A DNA stretch of 64,000 nt from the IMG/VR virus record IMGVR_UViG_3300037851_000431, positions 41,737-105,736 of that record. One strand, given 5' to 3'. Below are positions 21,101 through 29,610 of this stretch, one piece after another; position 1 is the stretch's first letter; each line of letters opens with the position of its first letter. The notes beneath the pieces were generated by a model. It was not told where the DNA came from. It saw nothing but the letters and a program-made list of their open reading frames with translations, and made no database searches. A program made the position numbers and the translations under genes. Source of the stretch: a virus.

Positions 21101-24100
21101 TATTATTTAGGTAGTCAAGCGTTAGCATTAACCACCACACCCGGACAGGGCTTAATGCGAATGATCTGGAATGGTGGAGCATATGCTATTGAGAATATCT
21201 TTAATTGGTACATTGAGGATGGAGCAAGTCAACCTAATTATTCAAATGGTAATCCTATTCCTTATTTCCCCGGTCCTAATGGTGGTGCTGCATGGTCTGC
21301 TAGATTTGTAGCAGATGAAGAGGGATGGTGGCAATTTCAGACTTATTCTGATGATAACTCTGAATTATGGATTAATAATACAAGAGTAGTGGCAAATAAT
21401 GGTGGAGGAGGATCAGGCAGTTTCTTTGAGGGTGGACAATCTCCTACTTATAGTAGTGTTGGTTCTATTTATTTATACGATGGAGCAGAATATAATCTAC
21501 ATCTGCGTTTCGGGAACCTTAATAATTCCGGTTGGGTTATAGGAGCATGGTACAAACGACCAACTGACAGTGAATTGAAATATTTAACTAACGGTAGTCC
21601 TCCTTGGTTAGATGCTCCAAAGACTAGGAAGTATTCTCAGGCCCAAGCAGAAATTTTCCCACAACCCCGTCGTAATCAATCTGCACAAGCAGAAGCTAAT
21701 ATAATTAGAATAATAAAGGTTCATGCTCAGGCGCAGGTACGAGTGAGTTGGCAGCATTGGGCACAGGCTAATGCTAGGATAATTGCTTTTAATGTTAATG
21801 CATATGGTCAGGCAAGGGTAGTAGCAGGACACCAGCATCACGCTAATGCTCAGGCTAAACTTAATTCATTTGATTGGCCACAGTGGGGACAATCTCAAGC
21901 AAATATCTATAAATCTGCTGGTTATGGTTTAGCTAGAGCGCATATATATAGAACTGAATATTGCATAGGTTATGCTGTAGCAATAATTTTGGGTGGGGTA
22001 GGAAAAGGAATTACGCAAGCAAATATTAAACAGACCTACCCATTAATGAGTATGGATGTTAATTACGCTCTTATTTCTCAAGGTGCTACAGCCTTTGACT
22101 CTACAGGACAACAGGATGTTCCTTACTATGCTATTGATGGAGATGATTTAGGCTCTGCATGGATTCTAGGAGGAGCAGCATTAGGTCAATTCCTTGTAGT
22201 TAATTTAGGACAATATAGAACTATTAACTTCATAAGAATTTTACCTGTTACTTATAACTGTGTAGTAAGAATCGAATATTTAGTTGGAACCTATCGGGAT
22301 GATGACGAACAAAATACTTGGATAAATGTTGCTGAATTACAGTTTAATGTAAGTTATTTTGAACCTGTTAATACAGCAAGGGAAGTAAAAGCAGAGGTTA
22401 TTCCGACTACGGCTCAGTATTGGAGAATTAAAGTTATTGAATTTGGGGATTATGAGGGCATATCCATAGCCAGCTTTGATTTGGGTTGGGCAACAGTTAA
22501 ATCCCCAACATTTGCACAGGCCCAAGCATCCTTTGGTCGTTGGGTTGCTGGTCAAGCTTCGTTCTATATTTCACCGGGTAAGGGTTGGCAGTGGGGACAA
22601 GCCAAAACAGCAGCAATTAATACTTTCCAAACTTATGCACAAGCTAATGCTTACTATATTCCACCCACAACATTCGGTATAGCAAACAGTGATATCTTAC
22701 AGACGTATCTGATGTATGCTAATGCCAATTGTTTGTATCTTATACCAACTTTTCATGGTATAGCGCAAGCAAGAATAGTGGGATTTGATATACCACATAT
22801 TGCATACGCACAAACCAGTGTAAAGCAAACTTACCTTAAATTTGCCCAAGCCAAAGCAACGATTTGGAAAAGAACAGGCTTTGCTCAAGCACTTGCAATT
22901 ATTAAAAACTTTAAATATAGAGTTTATGGATTAGCCAGAACAACGATTAGTACTCAAAGATATGCTATTGCTACTGCCTATATTAAAAAGAGCGGTGGAA
23001 CAGCACATACAACGGCTTTAATTAGAGAGCATAATATTAATCATTATGCATATGCTAGAACAAGTATTAAATTTCCACCGATGGGACTTGCCTTAGCGCA
23101 TATTCTACGAATGTATCAAAAATATGCTCAAGCAGAATCATTGTTAAATACAGGACTTAAAACAGCATCAGTACAGGCAAATATTGAACAAACATATCAA
23201 AAATATTCACAAACCCAAGTAGGTATTAAACAAACTTATTATACATCTTCTCAGGCATTAACGGTCGTTAAAATACGATACAGAATGGATGGTCAAGCAC
23301 GAACAGTTGTTCAAATACAAAGGACTAGGGTAGGCCAATCTATGGTATGGGTAGGATATCATAAATTCAGTCAAGCCCAAACACAAATACAGTCCTTCAA
23401 TGTCCCTAAATTTGGTATAGCAAACGGTTATATATTGATAGGTCACGAAGTCATCCCACCTTCTGGAATACCATCAAGTAATTATCAAACTTACCTTGTT
23501 CGTTATAACAATCAAACTTTACCCGGATATGCTCAATCTGAGTCTTATAAAAATGACTTAACTATTGCTATAAATAATGCCCCTTATATGGATGCTTCAC
23601 TAAATGAGGATTTGGGACTCAAAAACATTATTATTACTATAGAAATGCTTCTGTGGGAAGAGACTTATCAAAAATGTAAAGATAAATTACAATTAGCAGC
23701 TACTATTCTTAGAAGTAATCTAAGAGGGCAGTTTGTGCCTTTATATATACAACGATATGACAAATATTATTTGGCATTAGTTAGATCGATAACAGTTACA
23801 AAGACCGTTCCTGAAAGTTCCAGAATTCTTAAATATACAGTAGAATTTGAAGCTAAGCCTTGGCAGATGAATATAGATGGAACAAGCACCGCTCCTGCTC
23901 CTCCACCTATTGAAATACCGCCTGAATTATTACCGCCGCCACCTATTATACCAACACCATCGGTTATTTATCGAGAAAAATTTGGTATGAGTCAAGTTAA
24001 GATTAATAGTTTTGGAACAATTAAAAATGGTTTAACACAAACTAAAATTATTAGAACAGAAGGTTATGGATTAAGTCGGGTATTTATTTATAAAATTATT

Positions 24101-24298
24101 AAATCTGCTCAAGCAGGAACAAGGATTAAAAGAAACTATAGGATAAATGCTCAAGCACAAACAAGTATTACAAGAAAATTAGGTATCGGACAAGCGCGTT
24201 CAAATATCATTAGATTGCCGGGACCACCTACTAATTTAACGGTTACTCCCGGCGATGAAAAAGTTACATTAAATTGGAATCCGCCATCATATAGTTAG
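15155..24298 (+). CDS. Giant tail adhesin/fibre: about 5 LamG domains, discoidin (F5/8C) and PA14 domains, AQA repeats and an internal Dit-like domain
   Basis: Repeated LamG motifs (IEVWFK, WHQLVVTY, LYVDG, DEFAIFNYELTPEQILTHY), PA14 motif (YSDDNSELWIN), discoidin motifs (AIDGD, AQYWRI). Confidence 0.85.
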   Translation: MEYQNYGQAVVYIVLPYVVEWKFDEISGSTLYDTLNTNNLTVTGALTLNQAGPNLYNSSDRAVTFPGSTSAYAVKTSPTGLPTGASARSIEVWFKTTSTATQTLISYGTASTRQSFGLKINGSNSIGFWTYSDDGYYPATVNNGAWHQLVVTYNGGVIVYAYLDGIQIGGKNLGGTLNTVVNANGIVVGKDFHASANAFNGQIGQIKVYNFKLSPIQISSQYNLILRGFSLAQAQAAIRGFVYAQTQTEITPTKAAFAQSEVFINNWNVFAQAQAFIFTYISLGQAETFIGPRYKIAQAKILVDSPIKNALASVRAQITATTIHGLAQVKIWDQRAFGQAHTNILLPFYWEDHQLKDDVFEAETIYLGRNTYIGPQNLNSFTVNTGEIYDPTYVGTYYKTGWIKIVVSSSMTLRIDTFGSTGNPYLSLMANEPGSFDFYNWGYKTLPACGVAAGTYYIEVSADSGASLDSVYLRISSTSFPASSPQALGQAQVYIYRAPQNDTQIYSQSLTYTLREQDYYNEIIDNDDPLAYYKFNEDVDYLYNDGIIDSLGNRNIIYNYSNGESKPLYIQGPIWPDFRGIQLGQSYVYYYSSTQGLFTGTQGWAIEYWVRPNNPDQSWCFRLYDYNTSDYYIYLGLGDPSNVPEGSLPWYNYTPNVGTQAILAVYDYTNSTYYYNYIASPSPISNEDWHHVVGTLSNDGTTLKLYVDGKLVASKALGHNANKVWTGWHQYIPDDSAYNVQIDDYVIYDHELTEDRVLRHYNLVNYVSSDTQFIWSQAQTFVVYQDGNTYTRFNVGQAQVYSGSYKIFAQAICIIKVITDSYGLLVAQDGAVHLYGMHLINASGGSDIYYWDDDIGTADVSSFSGTFNYTLSPIGSEYYGLVQSTTSANRYWTSSATNRLKELYDVTKSWTIETWVRSPGSANQQGWVWSLGATSPGYYLAALGFGSGTTNPANGNQIIVHFYNPTTYGTVYDTGITYTPNTWYHTAVTYNGNKVFSVYINGTLVKTINYSYWLYNLPYFYLAYNFYWGSNSVVLAYDNLAIYPFELSLSKIISHSEYRATITNAYASASFQINSNKYNQYASAAFYPWNPTGTNKVQQYSQAASYRPYYVFGQANAITNVIQQSYYGLAVASILQTYPLPDYKAVVLADTPDVYWPFDDSTVTTAKEIVANKIATLGGSSTSPTPNTYIGYGGIDPGWSWAGTSRYVYTSYAQPSTNIAIVEAWFKTTGTGEIWQGRYNLAGNTSGKGITLTLNSTVGFGCENGKLNFFVNSDGILHGIKSNNFYNDNQLYHVVAAWRSSTGVGLNNSQFSLYVNGVQISTTNLSTAGSATAPLAGNTDTPFAGARYGVFSGYLSNIAFYTHDLTTDQILAHYDARGLAVNARPFGQAQVYIGHFLPGLAQALIRQTTPNYPVFGDNGPFGLAQTIIWPFKFGLAIAQIAWEQEGYRKTVLADKPILYYPMEEPNFNNDLTNLVRYPVGGSANYSASSVYSASYSVDKAADGNYADGWAALGYTSGEYWKVTWTVPQTFKTLRLVARPGNDYFGIGYIELYDGTNTTIIDNITYPPTPNGSSIYTINAENILSMKLVSTSGGVSNPGFSEVEAFDAYDAAGVLHTIVGRRNGYWTGASATFNGVSPVYPGKSIAFNGNAVYISPNVNYTTITENLTIPGIYSSVDNHNIIGNDFWAVTGDTITFRLKMTNGSPYSIGVYDVTNGGANNWLQVASQYSYIDENGYKVFNITITATGFFHPYIYSYSSSYAGTGTITRKHYDQDSMIPIGDFPTPNNACVTIESWVKWDGTTNRMIFGFDWNDLFVISQSGIGFIGFNTGNSDNYGVAALSVGGWYHIVAVFYAGQYTTIKNKLYINGVRQELAYIDGNISRQYPTFGQDFYIGSWPTNTSYQWTGALDEFAIFNYELTPEQILTHYNARTNFQAFAYSQAHIYVYGGSGDPPYPRNQMYAGAFTHVNTHFGIAQAEARIIGTYYLGSQALALTTTPGQGLMRMIWNGGAYAIENIFNWYIEDGASQPNYSNGNPIPYFPGPNGGAAWSARFVADEEGWWQFQTYSDDNSELWINNTRVVANNGGGGSGSFFEGGQSPTYSSVGSIYLYDGAEYNLHLRFGNLNNSGWVIGAWYKRPTDSELKYLTNGSPPWLDAPKTRKYSQAQAEIFPQPRRNQSAQAEANIIRIIKVHAQAQVRVSWQHWAQANARIIAFNVNAYGQARVVAGHQHHANAQAKLNSFDWPQWGQSQANIYKSAGYGLARAHIYRTEYCIGYAVAIILGGVGKGITQANIKQTYPLMSMDVNYALISQGATAFDSTGQQDVPYYAIDGDDLGSAWILGGAALGQFLVVNLGQYRTINFIRILPVTYNCVVRIEYLVGTYRDDDEQNTWINVAELQFNVSYFEPVNTAREVKAEVIPTTAQYWRIKVIEFGDYEGISIASFDLGWATVKSPTFAQAQASFGRWVAGQASFYISPGKGWQWGQAKTAAINTFQTYAQANAYYIPPTTFGIANSDILQTYLMYANANCLYLIPTFHGIAQARIVGFDIPHIAYAQTSVKQTYLKFAQAKATIWKRTGFAQALAIIKNFKYRVYGLARTTISTQRYAIATAYIKKSGGTAHTTALIREHNINHYAYARTSIKFPPMGLALAHILRMYQKYAQAESLLNTGLKTASVQANIEQTYQKYSQTQVGIKQTYYTSSQALTVVKIRYRMDGQARTVVQIQRTRVGQSMVWVGYHKFSQAQTQIQSFNVPKFGIANGYILIGHEVIPPSGIPSSNYQTYLVRYNNQTLPGYAQSESYKNDLTIAINNAPYMDASLNEDLGLKNIIITIEMLLWEETYQKCKDKLQLAATILRSNLRGQFVPLYIQRYDKYYLALVRSITVTKTVPESSRILKYTVEFEAKPWQMNIDGTSTAPAPPPIEIPPELLPPPPIIPTPSVIYREKFGMSQVKINSFGTIKNGLTQTKIIRTEGYGLSRVFIYKIIKSAQAGTRIKRNYRINAQAQTSITRKLGIGQARSNIIRLPGPPTNLTVTPGDEKVTLNWNPPSYS

Positions 24299-27040
24299 GT
24301 GAGGAAATTGCTTCAAATTAGATTGGTTATACCTGAATTCAGTAGTGGTGTAAACTTTACTGATCCAATTATATTAGAGCGAGCTGATAATATTAGTTTA
24401 GCTAAAACAGTAAACTCGGATATAGAATCAATATCTTTTACTGTACCTTTAACTGATCCTAAGGTAGTTTATATAAATTATCTTCGATGGTGGGAATGTT
24501 GGGATACTGAAACAAATATAAGATTAAATTATGGTCCTATAAGAGAGATTGCTGGCACAGGTGGAGAACCTAAAAGAGTAAGTGGACCGGGAAGGTCTGC
24601 CGTATTGTCAGAGTTTTATAAAAGCATTCAAACATTTTACTATCCTGTTAATTTATTCTTTGATGATTTACGATATGAAAATATTGCCGGAGAACCACGA
24701 ACCTCAACAATTATAAATCAGGCAACTTCCTCCGATTATTATGGGTTAAGCCTGCGATCAAAAGATTATGTTATTGATGAGCAGACGGGCTATATTAGTA
24801 TAGGACGAGACACACCAGTACAAGGACCAATAAAAACAGATGTATTTTGGAGTGGGGTTGCCAAAGCAGACTGGTTAACTGTAAATTTAGGGGACCAGTA
24901 TACCATATCTAAAGCTCGTGTTCTCTTACCTTGGTGGGGAGGAGCAACCATTAATACTAACCGTACTTATGATTGGAGTTTTTCCTATTCTACTAATAAT
25001 GATTCTTTTACAGAGGTATATTCTACGCCTGTTCCAAATCAAGCTTTTACAGGTTGGGCTTCAGAGGGTGGTTTAGCTATTTATATGGATAGCGACTTTG
25101 GTGGCTTTGAACGGTATACTGTTTCAGGTTCTACCAGTCCTATTGAAGCACAATATTGGAAACTTAATATTACTAACACACATGCTTGGTATGGCAACAG
25201 GTTTGAGGGTAGTTTAGCAGATGAATGGAATTGGGAGTGTGGGGAAAGTGATGTTCTTTATGGGGAACCGCGCGAGTCCCCGACAATAAGCGGAGGAATA
25301 ATACCTAAAGATGACATTAATCCATCGAGTGATTGTCATGCATCTGCTGTTGAAATTGGTTTATACAGAAAAATATTACCACTAGATAATATTCCAAATT
25401 TAGTTTATCATCAAATTCAAAATACTAACCGACAAATAACTTATTACCATGTTCCTGATTCAAGTGAGATGATAACTGTTGGTGGTGGTAATAAATACGA
25501 ACCGGGATCGTTCTTTAGAAATATACAATTTACTGGCGGTGGCACAGTAAAAGACGAATATAATGCAGTGCTATATGAGGGTTCAGGCACAACTTTAAAG
25601 TGCCCTGCTTATACTAGAATGTTATTATTTAGTTCCCCGGCTTATATTTTAAATGTAGATACATGGATTGGGAAAACCGATGCTTTCTCATATGGTGGAA
25701 GTTACTCGTACTCAACAGTTGCAAATGATTATGCAACTCTTCATTTTAGAGGCGTATCTTTAAAATGGTTTGCAACAATACCTGAAGGAGAAACGGCTGG
25801 ACAAGTTACTATCGAGCTACGATCCCAAGGTACTGATGGTACATGGAGTGCTTGGACAGAAGTTGATGAATCACCTTTAACTTTACCAACAGGTGTTTCA
25901 GCAGAAAAAGTATTTGAGATTACCTATGAATCAGGAATTTTGCAAGACGAAACTATTTACGAATTAAAAATAACTAACATTAACGGAGGCTATGTATCCA
26001 TTGATGCTTTTGCTGGTTATTGGTCTGGATCATTTACAGAATATAATCAAGATGATTACCGATTACATTTAAGAATACCGGAGGAAGCTACTCAAATATA
26101 TGATGGTAAATTCTCATTCGGTAGTGTAATAAAGTTTGTGGGTGGGGTATTAACAAAAGGTGGTTTGTCATTTACAGGTGATAGGGTAGTTGTATACGGT
26201 CGTAAGGGACCAGATTACGGTATTATAAGAATAGCTTTATGGAGTCAGGCAGAACCAGAAATATCTTTAGTAAATATACCGGGGACAGGTAATGGTTATC
26301 TTGAAGTAGATTTAAATCATCCTTATGATATAGCACAGGTAGTATTATTTGATTCAGATGAGTATTTTATACCGAATGTAGGTCTTCCTTGGGGCAAGTA
26401 TTTAGTTGCTATTTATAAACCAGAGGACCCTGATCCTATATGGATTGATGGCATTGGTGTACACGAAACAAGTGGGTTAAGTGTTAAATTTTTAAATACT
26501 TCCCATCTAGAAATACTTAAAAGTACAGCCGAAGCACTACAACTAGAGTGGGATATAACAGAAAATGGGTTATTAATTACCCCAAGATTAGGTACAGATA
26601 CAGAAGTAATTTTTGCAGAAGGCAGGGGTACAACAATTAATATTGAAAATGTGGAAGATGTAAGTCAGATTGCTACTATGTTAGTTGCTACGGGTGCGGA
26701 TATAGATGGGCTTCCCTTATCCGCCGTAGTTGAGAATAAAAAAACGAGAGAATTGTTTGGAAGAACGGTTCAAAAATTATACGATTTTAGAAATATAGGT
26801 GACTATTTTACACTTATTGGTGCAGCAAGAACAGAACTACTAAGACGAAGGGAACCACAAAGAAGAATAGTGGTTAGATATGCGGTTGGTCCTTTACCAA
26901 TTGTTGTAGGAGATAGTTTTATTATAAAAAAATCGGATTTCCAAGCAAGGGTAAGAGCAATAACCATTACTAGATCACAAAATTCTAGTACTGGTACAGA
27001 GTATGTAGTGGAGTGTTTAGAATGGCCTCAGATAAACTAA
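24299..27040 (+). CDS. Baseplate hub/Tal-like protein with inserted discoidin and carbohydrate-binding domains
   Basis: Tal-like N- and C-termini; WLTVNLG...AQYWKLNIT discoidin; repeated IDAF/IDGI beta-sandwich modules. True start may be TTG 24308. Confidence 0.7.
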   Translation: MRKLLQIRLVIPEFSSGVNFTDPIILERADNISLAKTVNSDIESISFTVPLTDPKVVYINYLRWWECWDTETNIRLNYGPIREIAGTGGEPKRVSGPGRSAVLSEFYKSIQTFYYPVNLFFDDLRYENIAGEPRTSTIINQATSSDYYGLSLRSKDYVIDEQTGYISIGRDTPVQGPIKTDVFWSGVAKADWLTVNLGDQYTISKARVLLPWWGGATINTNRTYDWSFSYSTNNDSFTEVYSTPVPNQAFTGWASEGGLAIYMDSDFGGFERYTVSGSTSPIEAQYWKLNITNTHAWYGNRFEGSLADEWNWECGESDVLYGEPRESPTISGGIIPKDDINPSSDCHASAVEIGLYRKILPLDNIPNLVYHQIQNTNRQITYYHVPDSSEMITVGGGNKYEPGSFFRNIQFTGGGTVKDEYNAVLYEGSGTTLKCPAYTRMLLFSSPAYILNVDTWIGKTDAFSYGGSYSYSTVANDYATLHFRGVSLKWFATIPEGETAGQVTIELRSQGTDGTWSAWTEVDESPLTLPTGVSAEKVFEITYESGILQDETIYELKITNINGGYVSIDAFAGYWSGSFTEYNQDDYRLHLRIPEEATQIYDGKFSFGSVIKFVGGVLTKGGLSFTGDRVVVYGRKGPDYGIIRIALWSQAEPEISLVNIPGTGNGYLEVDLNHPYDIAQVVLFDSDEYFIPNVGLPWGKYLVAIYKPEDPDPIWIDGIGVHETSGLSVKFLNTSHLEILKSTAEALQLEWDITENGLLITPRLGTDTEVIFAEGRGTTINIENVEDVSQIATMLVATGADIDGLPLSAVVENKKTRELFGRTVQKLYDFRNIGDYFTLIGAARTELLRRREPQRRIVVRYAVGPLPIVVGDSFIIKKSDFQARVRAITITRSQNSSTGTEYVVECLEWPQIN

Positions 27041-27261
27041 TTCAGGTAGGAAAAAAGGTTGGAGCATTTCAACACGAAACTGATAATACTGCTCGTTATG
27101 TAGCAAAAAATCTACCTGTAATTGAAAGCTCTTGTGATGTACTTGGAAGATTATATCGCTATAGATTAGAATTTAGATTATATAACGCGGGAAACGCACG
27201 ATTAAGCATTAGATTTTTCCCAAAAATGAAACAACTTGATAGCACAATTATACATTTTTAG
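27022..27261 (+). CDS. Small baseplate protein consisting only of the shared N-terminal domain
   Basis: Paralogous to the N-termini of the next two genes. Confidence 0.55.
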   Translation: MASDKLIQVGKKVGAFQHETDNTARYVAKNLPVIESSCDVLGRLYRYRLEFRLYNAGNARLSIRFFPKMKQLDSTIIHF

Positions 27262-27270
27262 GTAAATTAC

Positions 27271-28011
27271 ATGGATAAAGTAAACCAAGCTGGTAAAAAA
27301 TTAAAAAACATACAGAAAGAATCGGGACTTAATGCTCGGCGTTCTCATGAAAATTTTCCCCAACCAGAACGTATTGTAAATTCTTTCAATATATTACATC
27401 CTTATAGAACTACTTTTGTAACCACTCCTAATGCTGTTGCTCTTTTAAGTTTAAAGATAACTGAATTTCCAACGCCTTGTTCAGTTAATCCTCCTCTTTT
27501 AAATATCTCTACTGATTCTGATCATTATGGGGATAACCCCGGAACAATCGTTAGGTTATATAATACTACCCAAAATATTGAGCCACCAAATCCTGATTTT
27601 TTATTAGTAGATGGCGGCATTCAAGTACCTTTAGATGGTTGTTATAGTGTAATGTGGACTTCAGGAGCTTATGGTGTAGGATATTATTCTGATAAAACTG
27701 TTACAGTAGAAATAAGACGTAATGAATATGGGGTGAGAACCATAGGTCAAGGAACCACAGGATATATCCAACTTTTAGGTCCAGCAATTTATTTTTATAC
27801 TCCTGCATCCCCTGTGTATGCGGTAGTAGATTGTTTGGCGGGAGATATAATAAAAGTAATTATGACTCAAGGTGATATTGCTGAAAAATATCCTTGGTAT
27901 AATGGAGGATTAAACGGTTTTTTTGTAAGTAATCCTCCATATAGTGCCTATGTAAATGTAACTTTAGTAGCACTAGCCGAAGGCGGCTTTGATGTAATGA
28001 CGGTAGGTTAG
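27271..28011 (+). CDS. Putative receptor-binding protein, C1q/TNF-like head
   Basis: GGIQVPLDGCYSV...CLAGDIIKV jelly-roll pattern. Confidence 0.55.
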   Translation: MDKVNQAGKKLKNIQKESGLNARRSHENFPQPERIVNSFNILHPYRTTFVTTPNAVALLSLKITEFPTPCSVNPPLLNISTDSDHYGDNPGTIVRLYNTTQNIEPPNPDFLLVDGGIQVPLDGCYSVMWTSGAYGVGYYSDKTVTVEIRRNEYGVRTIGQGTTGYIQLLGPAIYFYTPASPVYAVVDCLAGDIIKVIMTQGDIAEKYPWYNGGLNGFFVSNPPYSAYVNVTLVALAEGGFDVMTVG

Positions 28012-28012
28012 T

Positions 28013-29119
28013 ATGAGAAGATTAGAACAACTTGCTCAAAATGTAAATAAATCTAGAAAAACTACTGAATTAAACACGCGACGTATACAAGCAAATTTAC
28101 CTCTCGTAGAGCGTAAGCTTGATGTTATAACAGGAGAACAAAATTATAACATGCATTTTCCTGTAACTAAACATGATCATAGTGTTCTTCTAAATTTGTA
28201 TATTAAGCCTGATAATTGTTGCGAATGTGATCCGGGTGCCCAAACAGTTATAAGAAGTGCTATAGGATATTTTCCAGAAAGTATTGTCCCTATTACTGTT
28301 GAAGAAGATGTTGCATATCCTGCTAAAATAATTGCAGAAGCGTATTCATATTGGGGAAATCCCCAAGGATTAGTACAAACAGGGAGTAATTTTAATTACG
28401 GTTATGATAGCCCCTTCTTCCACAGGCTTTATCAAGAATTCCCCTATATTGGAGGATACTCAGTTAGACCTGATGGTTATGGAATTGTTGTACCTACTGA
28501 TGGTGTATACTCAATTTTTTTCAGTTCTGTAATTAATGGGGGAAGTATTGGTGGGGACGATGCGGAATTAATTGTTTATATTAAAAGAACAACAATAGAA
28601 GATGGTGAAGAGTTAACTTACACATTAACTAAAAGAATATATTCAGTTTATAAAGGAAATTTAACACCCGGAAATCATGTTCATCATATGATTCATCTAG
28701 AAAATAGACCTGAATGGACCATGCTTTTATATGCAGCTTGTGTTAATTTAAATGCTGGTGATAGTGTTGATGGGTATATTGAGGTTAAAAATTTACCTAA
28801 TTTTAGTACACAGTTTGGTTGGGGAGATAATACAAATAGTCTTAAGGTAAATCTTCTAGGTTTAGGTTATGGTACATTAATAGGTTATGTATATAATGTT
28901 GATACGCGCGATCCTTTAGAGGGAGCTGCGTTACATTATACTCAAGGCTTTGGAGGAAGTACCGTTACAGATGAATTTGGGGCCTACGCTTTTTATGAGT
29001 TAAGACCCGCTACATATACAGTGACAGCATCTAAGGATGGCTATCACTCATTAACAAGAACAGTAACAGTATATTTTAATAAAATTTCACAAATAGATTT
29101 TAATCTTGAACATATATAA
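28013..29119 (+). CDS. Putative receptor-binding protein, C1q-like plus carboxypeptidase-regulatory-like domain
   Basis: GIVVPTDGVYSI...LNAGDSV; C-terminal TDEFGAY...YTVTASKDGY. Confidence 0.6.
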   Translation: MRRLEQLAQNVNKSRKTTELNTRRIQANLPLVERKLDVITGEQNYNMHFPVTKHDHSVLLNLYIKPDNCCECDPGAQTVIRSAIGYFPESIVPITVEEDVAYPAKIIAEAYSYWGNPQGLVQTGSNFNYGYDSPFFHRLYQEFPYIGGYSVRPDGYGIVVPTDGVYSIFFSSVINGGSIGGDDAELIVYIKRTTIEDGEELTYTLTKRIYSVYKGNLTPGNHVHHMIHLENRPEWTMLLYAACVNLNAGDSVDGYIEVKNLPNFSTQFGWGDNTNSLKVNLLGLGYGTLIGYVYNVDTRDPLEGAALHYTQGFGGSTVTDEFGAYAFYELRPATYTVTASKDGYHSLTRTVTVYFNKISQIDFNLEHI

Positions 29120-29130
29120 GGAGAATAGTT

Positions 29131-29397
29131 ATGGCTTATCCAACAGGATTAAAGATTTTTATAGATGGAGTCGATTGTACTTATTATATTTTTGGTTCTA
29201 ATACATTTGATCCGTCAGTAACTAGGGATACTTTTCGTGATTTAGATATTACACCCTATCTGCGTAAGCCCATATCTCCTATGAAAATGACAGATCGAAA
29301 TTATAAAGGTAATGCTGGTGTTCAAGATGTACATACAATCGAGATTACAGCACAAGATGGAAACGGTCGTGTTGAAGCACGGGTTGAAGTAAGGTAA
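29131..29397 (+). CDS. Hypothetical tail-associated protein
   Basis: AAGGAG SD, beta-rich sequence. Confidence 0.5.
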   Translation: MAYPTGLKIFIDGVDCTYYIFGSNTFDPSVTRDTFRDLDITPYLRKPISPMKMTDRNYKGNAGVQDVHTIEITAQDGNGRVEARVEVR

Positions 29398-29403
29398 ATA
29401 GAT

Positions 29404-29607
29404 ATGGTAAAATGGCAGATAGAAGCCTCATTAGATAAGGATTATATTTTTAAATTGGCTGAACTAAAGGGTTGGTATGATACCCCTCCCAAAGTACAGA
29501 TTAAAAAAATTCGTGGAGCGGAAGAAGTTTGGTGGGTTATAGAACCGTATGAAGAAGGTTGCAATTGTCCTGATTTGGTTCGACCACCTACTAGAAGTAG
29601 GGGATAA
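29404..29607 (+). CDS. Hypothetical protein
   Basis: Tightly packed in the operon. Confidence 0.45.
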   Translation: MVKWQIEASLDKDYIFKLAELKGWYDTPPKVQIKKIRGAEEVWWVIEPYEEGCNCPDLVRPPTRSRG

Positions 29608-29610
29608 GGT

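Noticed and set aside
1366-23446. Minus-strand and alternate-frame ORFs within structural genes (e.g. 1366-1926, 11952-12344)
   Set aside because: Shadow ORFs of well-supported genes, with no SD or recognisable motifs.
15155-29119. Diversity-generating retroelement acting on tail adhesins
   Set aside because: No reverse transcriptase and no adenine-variant TR/VR pair was seen in the window.
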